From contig CANHCV010000004.1 in NCBI GenBank assembly GCA_947459245.1, forward strand, positions 12,893 to 76,892: a stretch of DNA of 64,000 bases, in the 5' to 3' direction. This stretch comes from Bacteroidota bacterium (GTDB taxonomy: Bacteria > Bacteroidota > Bacteroidia > UBA7662 > CANHCV01). Every line of letters begins with the position of its first letter. The stretch's first letter is position 1. A program made the position numbers and the translations under genes. This document shows, one piece after another, positions 38,196 to 48,182 of the stretch. The notes below the pieces were generated by a model that saw only the letters and a list, made by a program, of their open reading frames with translations, was not told the DNA's origin and ran no database searches.

Positions 38196-38873
38196 ATGAA
38201 TTATTTAGTGGTAGGTGCATCGAGCGGTATTGGATCTGAAGTTGCAAATTTTTTAGTGAATGAAGGCCATCAAGTCTTTACCGCACAACGCAGAATGGTT
38301 GAAGGATTGCCCCACATTCCTTTTGATGCAACTCAACCCAATTTCGATTTTTCTGCGTTGCCGGATGAGTTGCACGGGGTTGTTTATGCGCCGGGAACCA
38401 TTTTGTTAAAACCCTTTCATCGCTTTAGCATGGAAGATTTTCAAAACGATTTTCAAGTGAATGTGTTGGGTGCCGTTCACGTTTTACAAGCTTGTTTACC
38501 CAAATTAAAGAAAGCCAACGGAGCCAATGTGGTGTTGTTTAGTTCGGTTGCAGCACAAATGGGAATGGGTTTTCATGCATCGATCGCTGCCGCAAAATCG
38601 GCCGTTGAAGGATTAACGCGTTCCTTGGCGGCAGAATGGGCTCCTGCCCAAATCAAAGTGAACGCCATAGCTCCATCGTTAACGAATACACCTTTGGCTT
38701 CGCCCTTGTTAAGCACACCCGAAAAAATGGAGGCCTCTGCTAAACGCCATCCATTGGGTAGGGTAGGAGAGAGCGGTGATTTAGCCCAAGCCGTTCAGTT
38801 CCTTCTTCAACCGAATTTGTGGATGACCGGAACCGTTCTTCAAGTGGACGGTGGACTAGGAAATACGAAATAA
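38196..38873 (+). CDS. SDR family oxidoreductase
   Basis: GASSGIG, NAIAPS and VDGG motifs; the catalytic Tyr position reads IAAAK. Confidence 0.88.
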   Translation: MNYLVVGASSGIGSEVANFLVNEGHQVFTAQRRMVEGLPHIPFDATQPNFDFSALPDELHGVVYAPGTILLKPFHRFSMEDFQNDFQVNVLGAVHVLQACLPKLKKANGANVVLFSSVAAQMGMGFHASIAAAKSAVEGLTRSLAAEWAPAQIKVNAIAPSLTNTPLASPLLSTPEKMEASAKRHPLGRVGESGDLAQAVQFLLQPNLWMTGTVLQVDGGLGNTK

Positions 38874-38902
38874 AAAAAGGGGTTGAAATCAGCCCCTTTT
38901 TT
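38872..38902. terminator. Bidirectional terminator between convergent genes
   Basis: A7-GGGGTTGA-AA-TCAGCCCC-T6. Confidence 0.8.
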
Positions 38903-38911
38903 ATTATTTGT

Positions 38912-40027
38912 TTATACCGCTGGTTTCCCAAGCTGCTTTTCTAACTCTTTCGCGATTTCTTCTCCCCTTAAATTCTTGGCAATGATTTTTCCATTGGGAT
39001 CCAAAAGGAAGTTTTGAGGAATGAAATTCACTCCATAAACCTTTGCAGGTTCACATCTCCAACCCTTCAAATCACTCACATGAATCCATGGTAAGTTATC
39101 TTGTTGAACGGCTTCTGCCCATGCGGCTTTATCTTCGTCCAAACTCACGCCATAAATTTCAAAATTCTTGTCGTGGTACATGGAATAAGCCAAAACAACA
39201 TTTGGATTTTCTCTTCGGCAGGGTCCGCACCAAGAAGCCCAAAAATCTACCAATACATATTTTCCACGCAAAGAACTCAACTTAATTTTTTCGCCTTTTA
39301 AGTTGGGCAATTCGATATCTGGTGCCACAGCACCCATTTCTGTTCTTTTGTAGGCATCAATCAAGTCTTTAATTTTCTTGCCATAACGGGACTTTTGAGC
39401 ATCTGCTCCAAATCCGGCGTAGAATTGCTCCATTTCTTTGGGAGTGGCATCCATGAAGTTTTCATACGTAAGCAATGCTGCCACGATGGAATTTTTATTC
39501 TTCCCAATGAAACTTTTGATGTTATTCAACCGCTGGTTATTCAACGATTCTCCGATGCGAGCAATGGAATCCATCAATCCGTAATTGCTGCTTTCCTGGG
39601 CCATTTGGTAGTACATGCCCAATTCTTGCATTTGATTTTCAATTTTATAAACCGATTCTTGGTACTGGTGATAAACATCGTGGGTAGGAGATCCTGTAAC
39701 GGATAATTTCTCCAAAGAATCCAAACTTCCACTTACGTTCATAAGGCTGTTTTCTACAAATAGAGGAAAAGAAACGTCTTTTCTCAAAAACATGATTTGG
39801 AAACGAGATGGTTCGTCTACGGTTCCTTCCAAAACCACTTTTCCATCTGCACCGGCAATAACCGTATCAATTCTAGATGAATCTGCCACCGGCAATTGAA
39901 CCAAAACCGTATCACCTTCTTTGGCTCCAGTGGCCTCAATGGTCACTTCATAACCACCTCCACCGCAAGAGGCCAATAACGCTGTTAAACCAATTCCAAA
40001 ACAGCCATTTAAAATCCAATTTTTCAT
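38912..40027 (-). CDS. TlpA-family thiol:disulfide oxidoreductase lipoprotein (DUF4369-like N-domain)
   Basis: Lipobox LASC; VDFWASWCGPCRRENP and IPQNFLLD motifs. Confidence 0.9.
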   Translation of the reverse strand: MKNWILNGCFGIGLTALLASCGGGGYEVTIEATGAKEGDTVLVQLPVADSSRIDTVIAGADGKVVLEGTVDEPSRFQIMFLRKDVSFPLFVENSLMNVSGSLDSLEKLSVTGSPTHDVYHQYQESVYKIENQMQELGMYYQMAQESSNYGLMDSIARIGESLNNQRLNNIKSFIGKNKNSIVAALLTYENFMDATPKEMEQFYAGFGADAQKSRYGKKIKDLIDAYKRTEMGAVAPDIELPNLKGEKIKLSSLRGKYVLVDFWASWCGPCRRENPNVVLAYSMYHDKNFEIYGVSLDEDKAAWAEAVQQDNLPWIHVSDLKGWRCEPAKVYGVNFIPQNFLLDPNGKIIAKNLRGEEIAKELEKQLGKPAV

Positions 40028-40029
40028 GT

Positions 40030-40773
40030 TTAAATATTTTTTGTCAAAGATAGAATATTTTTCACCCGTTCGGAATCCGTTCTTTGGTAAGAATATTCAC
40101 CACCAAAATCGGGTTTCCCCATAAAAACTCCTTCTTTTTCGAAGGTCATTTCACTTTTTTCAGACGTTCGTAGCGAAACATGAACGTGCTTGCATCCAGT
40201 TTCTTTAAGAATTTTGGCAACATTCGTTTCGTCAATTCCACTTCCCGGCATGATTTGAATTCGATTCCCAAATGATTTTTGCAAATCGGTGAGCAAATCA
40301 ATTCCATCCATCGCTTTGTTCGAACCTCCCGAACTCAAAACTCGTATAAAACCAAGAGATGCCAGTGATTCCACGGTTTCCAATGGATCTCTGCTCATGT
40401 CCACAGCTCGGTGAAATGCCCAAGGCAAAGTTGGTCCTTCTTTCATCAATGCTTTTAAAAAAGCGATGTCCAATTCTCCATTGCTCAACAAAGCACCGGT
40501 TACCATTCCTTGAATGGGTAATTTTTTGAGGTAGAAAACATCTCGAAGCATGCTTTCTTTTTCTTCAGATTGGAAGAGGAAATCTCCACCTCTCGGACGT
40601 AGTATGGGCCAGATTTCGATTTTTGGGATTTTCGTGCAAATTTCTACGGTTCCGATCGATGGAGTGGTTCCACCTTCTCCCAAATTATCGCAAAGTTCAA
40701 CCCGTTTGGCTCCGCCTTTGGCGGCTTCTTGGGTACTTCGAAACCCATTGGAACAAATTTCTACCTCAATCAT
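40030..40773 (-). CDS. cutC: CutC family protein
   Basis: EIC, RVELC, EGGTTPS, RPRGGDF, FHRA.D and LSSGG motifs. Confidence 0.92.
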   Translation of the reverse strand: MIEVEICSNGFRSTQEAAKGGAKRVELCDNLGEGGTTPSIGTVEICTKIPKIEIWPILRPRGGDFLFQSEEKESMLRDVFYLKKLPIQGMVTGALLSNGELDIAFLKALMKEGPTLPWAFHRAVDMSRDPLETVESLASLGFIRVLSSGGSNKAMDGIDLLTDLQKSFGNRIQIMPGSGIDETNVAKILKETGCKHVHVSLRTSEKSEMTFEKEGVFMGKPDFGGEYSYQRTDSERVKNILSLTKNI

Positions 40774-41756
40774 TAGTCGATGAGGTATTTGCCGGGGATC
40801 AACTCGGTTTTTTGAGCCGTTTTTACCGCATAGGAAAATCCTTTGTGAACGCAATAGGCGCCGTATTCTCCTTCTTTACTCACCGCAATAAATCCAACTT
40901 GAATGTCTTTAATTCGATGTTTTTGTCGTTTGTAAACCCGGTCAACGGCTTCTTTGCAGGCAGCTTCGGGCGATTTTCCTTGTCGCATTAATTCCACCAC
41001 CAAATGACTTCCAGCGATGCGTATAACTTCTTCACCGTGGCCGGTTGCTGTAGCACCTCCCACTTCTTCGTCTACAAACAAACCGGCTCCAATGATGGGC
41101 GAGTCTCCAATTCGGCCTCTCATTTTGAAAGCCATTCCGCTCGTGGTACAGGCCCCAGCCAATTTCCCAGCTTGGTCAATGGCCAACATGCCAATGGTGT
41201 CGTGGTTTTCAATGTTGATGATGGGTTTGTACTCGCTTTTTTTCAACCACTCTTTCCACGCTTTTTCCGATTCTGGAGTAAGTAGATTTTCTTTTTTAAA
41301 TCCTTGTTGAAGAGCAAATTGCAAAGCCCCATCTCCCGTAAGAATCACGTGCGGTGTTTTCTCCATCACAGCCCGAGCTACGGAAACCGGATGAACAATG
41401 TTTTCCAAGGCGAGCACGGCTCCGCAAGCTCCATCTCCACGCATCACGCAAGCATCCAAGGTAACTCTTCCTTCCCGATCGGGGAATCCACCCAAACCCA
41501 CGGTCATTTCTTTCGGGTCGGCCTCTGGGATCCAAACGCCTTGTTCTACTGCCGTAAGCGCATCTCCACCGGAAGAAAGAACATTCCAAGCTCCTTCGTT
41601 AGCGCCCAACCCCATGTTCCAAGTAGAAATGACCAATGGAAAACTGTTCGAAGCGTTCCTTTTTTTCTTTTTTTCTTCTCCAAAAACGGTTGTTGAATTG
41701 GAAAGAATTCCGGCTCCAGCGAGTCCGGCTAGTTTAATAAATGATTTGCGGTTCAT
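40773..41756 (-). CDS. N(4)-(beta-N-acetylglucosaminyl)-L-asparaginase (Ntn hydrolase), Tat-like signal
   Basis: NRKSFIK Tat-like leader, VISTW, HDTIG autocleavage site, GRIGDSPIIGAG. Confidence 0.88.
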   Translation of the reverse strand: MNRKSFIKLAGLAGAGILSNSTTVFGEEKKKKRNASNSFPLVISTWNMGLGANEGAWNVLSSGGDALTAVEQGVWIPEADPKEMTVGLGGFPDREGRVTLDACVMRGDGACGAVLALENIVHPVSVARAVMEKTPHVILTGDGALQFALQQGFKKENLLTPESEKAWKEWLKKSEYKPIINIENHDTIGMLAIDQAGKLAGACTTSGMAFKMRGRIGDSPIIGAGLFVDEEVGGATATGHGEEVIRIAGSHLVVELMRQGKSPEAACKEAVDRVYKRQKHRIKDIQVGFIAVSKEGEYGAYCVHKGFSYAVKTAQKTELIPGKYLID

Positions 41757-42109
41757 GCGGTAAATTCGGTTGTGGTAGCAATTCCATGAATGGCGGGACG
41801 CAATTTACGAACGGTTACGAAAACTTGTTGAGGGGAAAGGTTGAATGGAAGTAAATAGGCGTTTTTGATGGAAAAAGCCACTTCCTCTATGGTTTTTTTA
41901 GGAATAGCCATGTGGCTTTTTGCGATCGCAGAAATGCTTTCGTAATTGATGCTAGAGGTCAATTCGTCATCAATGCTGTTGGAAATGGGTAAAGAAAGTT
42001 CAACATCTACCTCAAACCATCCACCACATTTCTGCTCTTCAGGGTAGAAACCATGAAAGGCAAAAAAACGAAGCCCTTTGACCCTCAAGATAGATTCTCT
42101 TTTTTCCAT
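41753..42109 (-). CDS. folB: Dihydroneopterin aldolase
   Basis: FFAFHG...EE, INYE, TIE.VA and V.K..P motifs. Confidence 0.85.
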   Translation of the reverse strand: MEKRESILRVKGLRFFAFHGFYPEEQKCGGWFEVDVELSLPISNSIDDELTSSINYESISAIAKSHMAIPKKTIEEVAFSIKNAYLLPFNLSPQQVFVTVRKLRPAIHGIATTTEFTA

Positions 42110-42179
42110 GTTCAAAGTTCTTGATTTTTAAGAACCAAAAAGCCAATTGTGCGTTTTATTTTTGCAAAAACTTTTCATT

Positions 42180-43358
42180 ATGAGAACCGATAATTTCGAA
42201 GCACCCGATTATTACTTGTTGGACGAACTGCTAACCGATGAACATAAGTTGATTCGCGATTCTGTTCGGGCTTGGGTAAAAAAAGAACTTTCTCCCATCA
42301 TTGAAGATTACGCCCAACGTGCTGAGTTTCCTCGCCACATCATCAAGGGGCTAGGAGAAATTGGTGCATTTGGACCTGCTTTACCAGCCGAATACGGTTG
42401 TGGTGGTATGGATCAAATTACCTATGGAATCATCATGCAAGAATTGGAACGCTGCGATTCCGGTATTCGTTCAACCGCATCCGTTCAAGGTTCTTTGGTA
42501 ATGTATCCCATTTACAAGTACGGTTCTGAAGAACAACGCAAAAAGTATCTTCCTAAACTTGCTTCCGGTGAATGGATGGGATGTTTCGGACTTACCGAAC
42601 CCGACCACGGTTCAAATCCAGGTGGAATGACCACGAACATCAAAGACATGGGCGATCATTACTTGTTGAATGGGGCCAAAATGTGGATTTCAAACGCACC
42701 TTTCGCAGATGTTGCTGTAGTTTGGGCCAAAAATGAAGAAGGACGCATCAAAGGAATCATTGTTGAGCGTGGAATGGAAGGATTTTCAACGCCCGAAACC
42801 CACAACAAATGGTCGCTTCGCGCTTCCGCTACAGGAGAATTGGTTTTCGATAACGTAAAAGTTCCAAAGGAAAATCTTCTTCCCAACATTGAGGGATTGA
42901 AGGGGCCTTTGGGTTGCTTGGATTCTGCTCGTTACGGCATTGCGTGGGGAGTGGTTGGAGCGGCTATGGATTGTTACGATAGCGCTTTGAAATACTCTTT
43001 GCAGCGCGAACAGTTCGGAAAGCCCATTGCCTCTTTCCAATTGCAACAAAAGAAATTGGCTGAAATGGTGACCGAAATTACCAAAATGCAATTGATGGTT
43101 TGGCGCCTTGGAACCTTGAAAAACGATGACCGTGCTTCAACGGCGCAAATTTCCATGGCAAAACGCAATAACGTAGAGAAAGCCATGTGGATCGCTCGCG
43201 AAGCTCGCCAAATTCACGGCGGAATGGGAATTACCGGTGAATACCCCATCATGCGCCACATGATGAACTTGGAATCGGTGGTTACCTACGAAGGAACGCA
43301 CGACATTCACTTGTTGATTACCGGAATGGACATCACTGGAATTTCAGCTTTCCGTTAA
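42180..43358 (+). CDS. Glutaryl-CoA dehydrogenase-like acyl-CoA dehydrogenase
   Basis: ELERCDSGIRS, CFGLTEPDHGS, SLRASATG and TYEGTHDIH motifs; TATTTTTG at 42157-42164. Confidence 0.9.
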   Translation: MRTDNFEAPDYYLLDELLTDEHKLIRDSVRAWVKKELSPIIEDYAQRAEFPRHIIKGLGEIGAFGPALPAEYGCGGMDQITYGIIMQELERCDSGIRSTASVQGSLVMYPIYKYGSEEQRKKYLPKLASGEWMGCFGLTEPDHGSNPGGMTTNIKDMGDHYLLNGAKMWISNAPFADVAVVWAKNEEGRIKGIIVERGMEGFSTPETHNKWSLRASATGELVFDNVKVPKENLLPNIEGLKGPLGCLDSARYGIAWGVVGAAMDCYDSALKYSLQREQFGKPIASFQLQQKKLAEMVTEITKMQLMVWRLGTLKNDDRASTAQISMAKRNNVEKAMWIAREARQIHGGMGITGEYPIMRHMMNLESVVTYEGTHDIHLLITGMDITGISAFR

Positions 43359-44215
43359 TGAAACCGATATTTTTAAAAAGAGCGAAGGGGTTATTCTTCG
43401 CTCTTTTTGTTTCCCTTTTGGGAAAAGCGCAAACCCCCATTTTTGAAATATCCGGAAACGGATTAAGCAAACCATCGTATTTGATTGGAACCCTGCATTT
43501 AGGGTGCGAGGAATCAAAGTTGGTGCCGCCCAATTTCAGATCTTATTTGGTTAATTCGGAGGCCTTGGTTTTAGAGTTAAACCTGAAGAAGGTATCGGAA
43601 CAAATCAAAATCACCACCAAAGCCATTGTGCCCAAAGAGCGTTCGTTGGATCTGCTGATGGGAGCTCGGTATTCTGAATTTAAAAGGGAAGTTCAACAAC
43701 AGTACCAGTTGGATGTTGCGGCCTTTGAACGTTTTCATCCCATGATGACGACCTCGCTCTTGGCGGCTAAATTACTTCCGTGTTCCAAATCCAAAGGTTC
43801 AGAAACCATTTTGATGGAAGTTGCCGATTCCATAAAGATTCCAGTCATGGGTTTGGAAACAGCCTCCGAACAAGCCAACATTCTTTTTTCGATTCCCGAT
43901 TCGGAGGCCGTGCAATCACTTTGGGAAATGGGAACGAACCGAAGCAAGGCCCAGCACGATTGGGATGAACTCCAACGGGTTTTCGCCCTAGGTAACATCG
44001 ATTCAATCGCGAAGTTCATCGAGGAATCGGATGAAATGAAGATGGACTTGGAAAAAATGCTGTTTCAACGCAACCGGAATTGGGCGAAAACCCTTCCGGC
44101 CCTGATGAAAAAGAAGTCGGTTTTCATTGCTGTTGGGGCCGGCCATCTCGGTGGTTCTCATGGTTTAGTGGCTTTACTTCGTGAAGCGGGTTACACGGTG
44201 GTGGAAAAACAGTGA
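43358..44215 (+). CDS. TraB/GumN (TIKI-like) family protein, secreted
   Basis: SYLIGTLH, GLET..EQ, RNRNW and AVGAGHL motifs. Confidence 0.9.
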   Translation: MKPIFLKRAKGLFFALFVSLLGKAQTPIFEISGNGLSKPSYLIGTLHLGCEESKLVPPNFRSYLVNSEALVLELNLKKVSEQIKITTKAIVPKERSLDLLMGARYSEFKREVQQQYQLDVAAFERFHPMMTTSLLAAKLLPCSKSKGSETILMEVADSIKIPVMGLETASEQANILFSIPDSEAVQSLWEMGTNRSKAQHDWDELQRVFALGNIDSIAKFIEESDEMKMDLEKMLFQRNRNWAKTLPALMKKKSVFIAVGAGHLGGSHGLVALLREAGYTVVEKQ

Positions 44216-44300
44216 TTTAAAGAAACCGCAAAAAGTACTATCTTGGACTTTTAAAACCAATTCGGGCCATTCAAATGACCCCTTAATGAAAAACTTTACT

Positions 44301-46016
44301 ATGGAAAACACAAACTCAAAATCGCACCCCAAAGGACTATGGGTACTGTTTCTAACGGAAATGTGGGAACGTTTCGGTTATTATTTGATGTTGGGAATTT
44401 TCTCCTTGTACATGCTAGATGGATGGAACAACGGAGGTATGGGATTTAGCCCCGGTAAAAAATCCGATATCTATGGAACCTATCTCGGATTGGTGTATTT
44501 AACTCCTTTTATTGGAGGATTATTGGCCGACCGAATTTTGGGTTACCGCAGATCGATTATTTCAGGTGGTTTAATGATGGCAGCCGGTTATTTTTTGTTG
44601 GCTGTTCATAGCAATACTACGTTTTACATCGCCTTGTTGTTAATTATTCTAGGAAATGGGTTCTTTAAACCAAATATTTCAACATTGGTAGGAAACCTTT
44701 ACAGCGGAGATGATTTAAAAGATAAAAAGGACGCTGGTTTCAACATTTTCTACATGGGAATTAACCTGGGTGCATTTATCTGCAATTTCGTTGCGGCATA
44801 CATGCGCATCAACTACGGTTGGGGATTCGCTTTCGCAGCCGCTGGTGTGGGAATGATTATTGGAGTTCTTGTTTTTATCTCCGGTTCAAAACACATCAAA
44901 CATGTAGATATCGTAAAACCAACCAAAGAAGGAGACATGTCTACCGGTCGCATTTTGATGATGACCGTTTTACCCATGTTTGTGTTTGGTGCCATTGGTT
45001 ATGCCTTGCCCGGAAATTTCTTGGGCTCAGATACCAATGATGCATTTATCATTGGTTGTTTACCCGTAATAGGTTTCTTTATCTATTTGGCTTTCAAATC
45101 AGAAGTTAAAGAAAGTCGTGCCATTAAAGCTCTTTTGGCGGTATTTACTTGTGTTATTTTATTCTTCGCCATTTTTCACCAAAATGGAGATGCTCTAACC
45201 GTTTGGGCTGAAGATCATACCGATCGAAAAATGTCGGAAGGGGTTGCGCAAGTGGCCGACAAAATTGGAATGGCTCAAGTGGTTATCAACAACGATTTGG
45301 TATCGGCAGATCAGGCGACTTTTGATGCAGAAATTGGAAAAATGCGCGCTCAAGAAGAAGCAATGCCCGCTGTGTCTGTTGAAGAGATCAAAGCCAAAGG
45401 CGAGTTCAGTAACCAAGTTGGCCAACTGGAAAAATCTCGCAAATATTTTGAGACCTTGCCCAAGGACCAAATCCCAGCCCAAGGATCTAATTTGAAATTG
45501 TATTCTACCGAATTGTACCAATCGATTAATCCATTTTGGGTAGTTGTTTTAACTCCTGTAGTTGTAGGTATTTTTGGATGGTTGGCTCGTAAAAAGAAAG
45601 AACCAAGTACACCAACAAAAATTGCCATTGGTTTGATCATTACCGCTCTTTCGGCCTTGGTTATGGTTGGCGCCGTTTCTGCTAGCCACGACTTATCTAC
45701 CAAGGCAAGCTCATTATGGCTCATTGCATCCTATGGAGTTATTACCATCGGTGAGCTTTGTTTATCTCCAATGGGTCTCTCTCTGGTTTCTAAACTTTCT
45801 CCACCGCGCATTACGGCCCTCATGATGGGCGGTTATTTCTTAGCTATTTCAGTTGGAAATAAGCTTTCTGGAATGCTTTCCAGTTTGTGGGAAGGCATGG
45901 AAGATAAAAAAGATTTCTTCTACTTAAACTTCGGTTTGGTTTTGGGCGCAGCACTTTTACTGTTCTTAATGTTGAAGTGGTTGAATAATGTAATGAAAGA
46001 AAACAACGTTCAGTAA
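44301..46016 (+). CDS. POT/PTR family peptide MFS transporter
   Basis: EMWERFGYY, GGLLADR, GFFKPNIS and GELCLSP motifs; alternative start at 44286. Confidence 0.93.
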   Translation: MENTNSKSHPKGLWVLFLTEMWERFGYYLMLGIFSLYMLDGWNNGGMGFSPGKKSDIYGTYLGLVYLTPFIGGLLADRILGYRRSIISGGLMMAAGYFLLAVHSNTTFYIALLLIILGNGFFKPNISTLVGNLYSGDDLKDKKDAGFNIFYMGINLGAFICNFVAAYMRINYGWGFAFAAAGVGMIIGVLVFISGSKHIKHVDIVKPTKEGDMSTGRILMMTVLPMFVFGAIGYALPGNFLGSDTNDAFIIGCLPVIGFFIYLAFKSEVKESRAIKALLAVFTCVILFFAIFHQNGDALTVWAEDHTDRKMSEGVAQVADKIGMAQVVINNDLVSADQATFDAEIGKMRAQEEAMPAVSVEEIKAKGEFSNQVGQLEKSRKYFETLPKDQIPAQGSNLKLYSTELYQSINPFWVVVLTPVVVGIFGWLARKKKEPSTPTKIAIGLIITALSALVMVGAVSASHDLSTKASSLWLIASYGVITIGELCLSPMGLSLVSKLSPPRITALMMGGYFLAISVGNKLSGMLSSLWEGMEDKKDFFYLNFGLVLGAALLLFLMLKWLNNVMKENNVQ

Positions 46017-46033
46017 TCTCTAATCGCGAAATC

Positions 46034-47557
46034 GTGGAATCAAATCAGGCATTAGCCGATATTCATAATTTTAAAGGCAAGTACCCCAAGCAATTGTGGT
46101 ACTTGTTTTTTAGTGAAATGTGGGAACGTTTCAGCTTCTATGGAATGCGTGGAATGTTAACCTTTTTCATGATCAACCAACTGTTCATGGATGAAAAAGT
46201 AGCCAACCTTCAATATGGTGCTACTCAAGCATTTGTGTACGCATTTACGTTTATCGGTGGGCTATTTGCTGATAAAATCTTGGGATTTCAACGTTCCCTG
46301 TTTTGGGGTGGAATTTTAATGGTCTTGGGTAGTGTCATTTTGGCAATCGATCCGGAAAAGTTCTTCTTCTTAGGAATCAGTTTTAATATTGTAGGTTCTG
46401 GTTTTTTCAAACCCAATATTTCAACCATGGTGGGTGCTTTGTACCGCGATGGAGATGAACGCCGAGATGCCGGTTTTTCATTATTCTATTCGGGCATCAA
46501 TATTGGTGCACTTTTAGGAGGATATTTTTGTATCGCCATCGGAAAAGGTACGTTCATGGAAAACAGCATTCCTGTCGATTTGAGATGGAATATGGCTTTC
46601 GGTGTGGTATCTGTTTTGATGACCATTAGTCTAATTACGTTTGTCTTTACAAAAAAATCATTGGGACCCATTGGTTTACCTCCTGTAAGAACCCATGCAG
46701 ATGGAACACCAAAGAAGAAAGGAATGGCCGAAATTTCTGTTTTCGTTGGGTCTTTGCTTGCCATTCCCCTCATCATGAAAATGGTGGCCAATACCGAATA
46801 TACCGATTGGTTTATGTACTTCATTGGACCATTCAGTTTGCTGTATTTGTTGTGGGAAATGCGGTCTACAAGCAGTAGCGAAAATAAAAAGCTCATTGCA
46901 GCCTTGTGTTTTATCTTGTTTTCTGTTGTCTTTTGGGCGATTTTCGAACAAGCCGGTGGCTCTTTAAGTATTTTCGCAGCCAATCACGTTCATGATCAGC
47001 TTTTGGGGATGTTTACTCTCGATCCCAACGGCGTAAACAATGCCGCCAATTCGCTATTCGTCATCATCTTTGCCCCGATTATTGGTTTGATTTGGCTGGC
47101 CATGGCAAAGAAGAAAATTGAACCAAACACCGTTGTGAAATTCGGAATTGCCTTTTTGTTTTTGGGACTCTCTTTTTACACGTTTTTTGCGACTCGATTT
47201 TTTGCAGATATTCAAGGAATGACGTCCTTGGATATGTTTACATTGGCCTATTTTATTGTAACCCTAGGAGAGTTGTGTTTGTCACCCATTGGACTTTCCA
47301 TCATGACCAAACTTTCTCCCAAGAAATTACAAGGATTAATGATGGGAATGTGGTTTTTAGCCAGTGCCTATGGGCAATATGTTGCCGGTTTATTCGGTGC
47401 TAGTATTGTTTCTGATGTTCAAAATGCTTCAAACTTGGACAAGCTGAATACTTATACCGAAGGATACAAACAATTTGGTTTGTACGCTATCATTGCTGGT
47501 GTGGTATTGATCGCCATTTCACCGATCATAAGGAAGCTGATGCAAGAAGTTAAATAA
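46034..47557 (+). CDS. POT/PTR family peptide MFS transporter (second paralog)
   Basis: EMWERFSFYGM, GFFKPNIS and GELCLSP motifs; GTG start. Confidence 0.93.
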   Translation: MESNQALADIHNFKGKYPKQLWYLFFSEMWERFSFYGMRGMLTFFMINQLFMDEKVANLQYGATQAFVYAFTFIGGLFADKILGFQRSLFWGGILMVLGSVILAIDPEKFFFLGISFNIVGSGFFKPNISTMVGALYRDGDERRDAGFSLFYSGINIGALLGGYFCIAIGKGTFMENSIPVDLRWNMAFGVVSVLMTISLITFVFTKKSLGPIGLPPVRTHADGTPKKKGMAEISVFVGSLLAIPLIMKMVANTEYTDWFMYFIGPFSLLYLLWEMRSTSSSENKKLIAALCFILFSVVFWAIFEQAGGSLSIFAANHVHDQLLGMFTLDPNGVNNAANSLFVIIFAPIIGLIWLAMAKKKIEPNTVVKFGIAFLFLGLSFYTFFATRFFADIQGMTSLDMFTLAYFIVTLGELCLSPIGLSIMTKLSPKKLQGLMMGMWFLASAYGQYVAGLFGASIVSDVQNASNLDKLNTYTEGYKQFGLYAIIAGVVLIAISPIIRKLMQEVK

Positions 47558-47558
47558 C

Positions 47559-47588
47559 AAAAAAGCCCCGGAATTCGGGGCTTTTTTT
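47559..47588. terminator. Bidirectional terminator
   Basis: A6-GCCCCG-GAATT-CGGGGC-T7 between convergent genes. Confidence 0.85.
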
Positions 47589-48126
47589 ATTTTACGAAAC
47601 GAAATTTTTGGACTCGGGCCGATTGTTTTTCCAACAACCAAGCCACCGCATTCAAGGAGTTTTTAAACCGTGGTTCCTTCACCTTCGATTGATGCTTGAT
47701 GCTCAACCGTCCTTTTTGATGTCCAACCGAAAGCGTAAGAATCAATGTTTCTGCATCTTTAAAAGAAATCCAAGGAATCCATTTCCATTTTGAACGATTC
47801 AAAACCATGCGTTCCATCAACTCAAATCCAAAGTTTTCGGAGGCCTGTTTGAATGTGTGCGATTGATAAACGGTAAAACCTTCTTTTTTCACCATTTCAG
47901 AAAGGTATTCAAGCAGAAAATCTCCTTGTCCAAAAACGTCGTTGAAATCAAAAATAAATTGAATTTCGTCGGTTCTACCGGAATGAACGATTTCGATTGG
48001 ATTCCCCTCCAACAAACTCACGTACCTCAACTCCATTTTGGAAAGCAAGGCTCTGAATAATCCTGCTTGTTTCCAACTTTGGTAGGATTGTTTAAAAAAA
48101 CGCGAGCGGTGAATTCGGTTATTCAT
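47587..48126 (-). CDS. Hypothetical protein
   Basis: Fills the gap between flanking genes; TAATTTTG (48133-48140) upstream and terminator downstream; no motif recognised. Confidence 0.65.
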   Translation of the reverse strand: MNNRIHRSRFFKQSYQSWKQAGLFRALLSKMELRYVSLLEGNPIEIVHSGRTDEIQFIFDFNDVFGQGDFLLEYLSEMVKKEGFTVYQSHTFKQASENFGFELMERMVLNRSKWKWIPWISFKDAETLILTLSVGHQKGRLSIKHQSKVKEPRFKNSLNAVAWLLEKQSARVQKFRFVK

Positions 48127-48182
48127 GATCATCAAAATTACAAACAACAACTTGCCAAAATGGTTGTATTTTCGTAAAATTT

